Assembly: GCA_964645535.1 (NCBI GenBank)
Contig: CAZYCQ010000078.1
Coordinates: 1 to 12,779, forward strand
Direction: 5' to 3'
Length of the DNA: 12,779 bases
Origin: an uncultured archaeon
Lineage (GTDB): Archaea; Asgardarchaeota; Heimdallarchaeia; Heimdallarchaeales; Kariarchaeaceae
Positions 12,694 through 12,779 of the stretch are shown piece after piece (position 1 is the first letter of the stretch; each line of letters opens with the position of its first letter). The translations under genes were made by a program, and so were the position numbers. The notes below the pieces were generated by a model that ran no database searches, was not told where the DNA came from, and was given only the letters and a program-made list of their open reading frames with translations.

Positions 12694-12779
12694 TAACCTG
12701 CAAGAACCTCTTAGGGCTAAGTGAAGAGAAAAGAGCTAAGATTATACTATTACAAAGGGTAAAGAAAGTTTCACTTAAA

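Noticed and set aside
12710-12721. CTTAG-gg-CTAAG inverted repeat after the last gene
   Set aside because: Only a 5-bp arm with a 2-nt loop and no U-tract; too weak to call a terminator.
1-12779. CRISPR array, tRNA or rRNA
   Set aside because: No regularly spaced repeats or cloverleaf/rRNA-like sequence seen; intergenic gaps are short and AT-rich.

Overview
Gene-dense, AT-rich window that reads as archaeal: TATA-like boxes lie about 26-33 nt upstream of most starts. It is probably from an Asgard (Heimdallarchaeia-like) genome, which is an inference from gene style, not a search result. The left flank has a 5'-truncated mutL and a convergent tandem-duplicated Lrp/AsnC-type regulator. The right flank has bacterial-type gpmI, a histidine phosphatase, Xaa-Pro aminopeptidase, an HxlR-type regulator and a CxxC/HxxH protein. 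Between them (2477-7458) are five co-oriented uncharacterised genes: a TPR-like protein, a cytoplasmic protein with three beta-sandwich repeats resembling adaptin mu-homology/DUF11 domains, a ribbon-helix-helix (RHH)/coiled-coil protein, an intact Xer-like tyrosine recombinase homologue, and a small winged-helix protein. The recombinase homologue lacks its catalytic Tyr, both His and the Lys, and is fused to an RHH-like segment, a Pro/Gly tract and an Ena/VASP F-actin-binding-like helix. The best candidate for an undescribed system is this apparently domesticated, non-catalytic recombinase module, possibly a DNA-to-cytoskeleton or DNA-to-membrane tether. All family calls are from motif recognition by eye.
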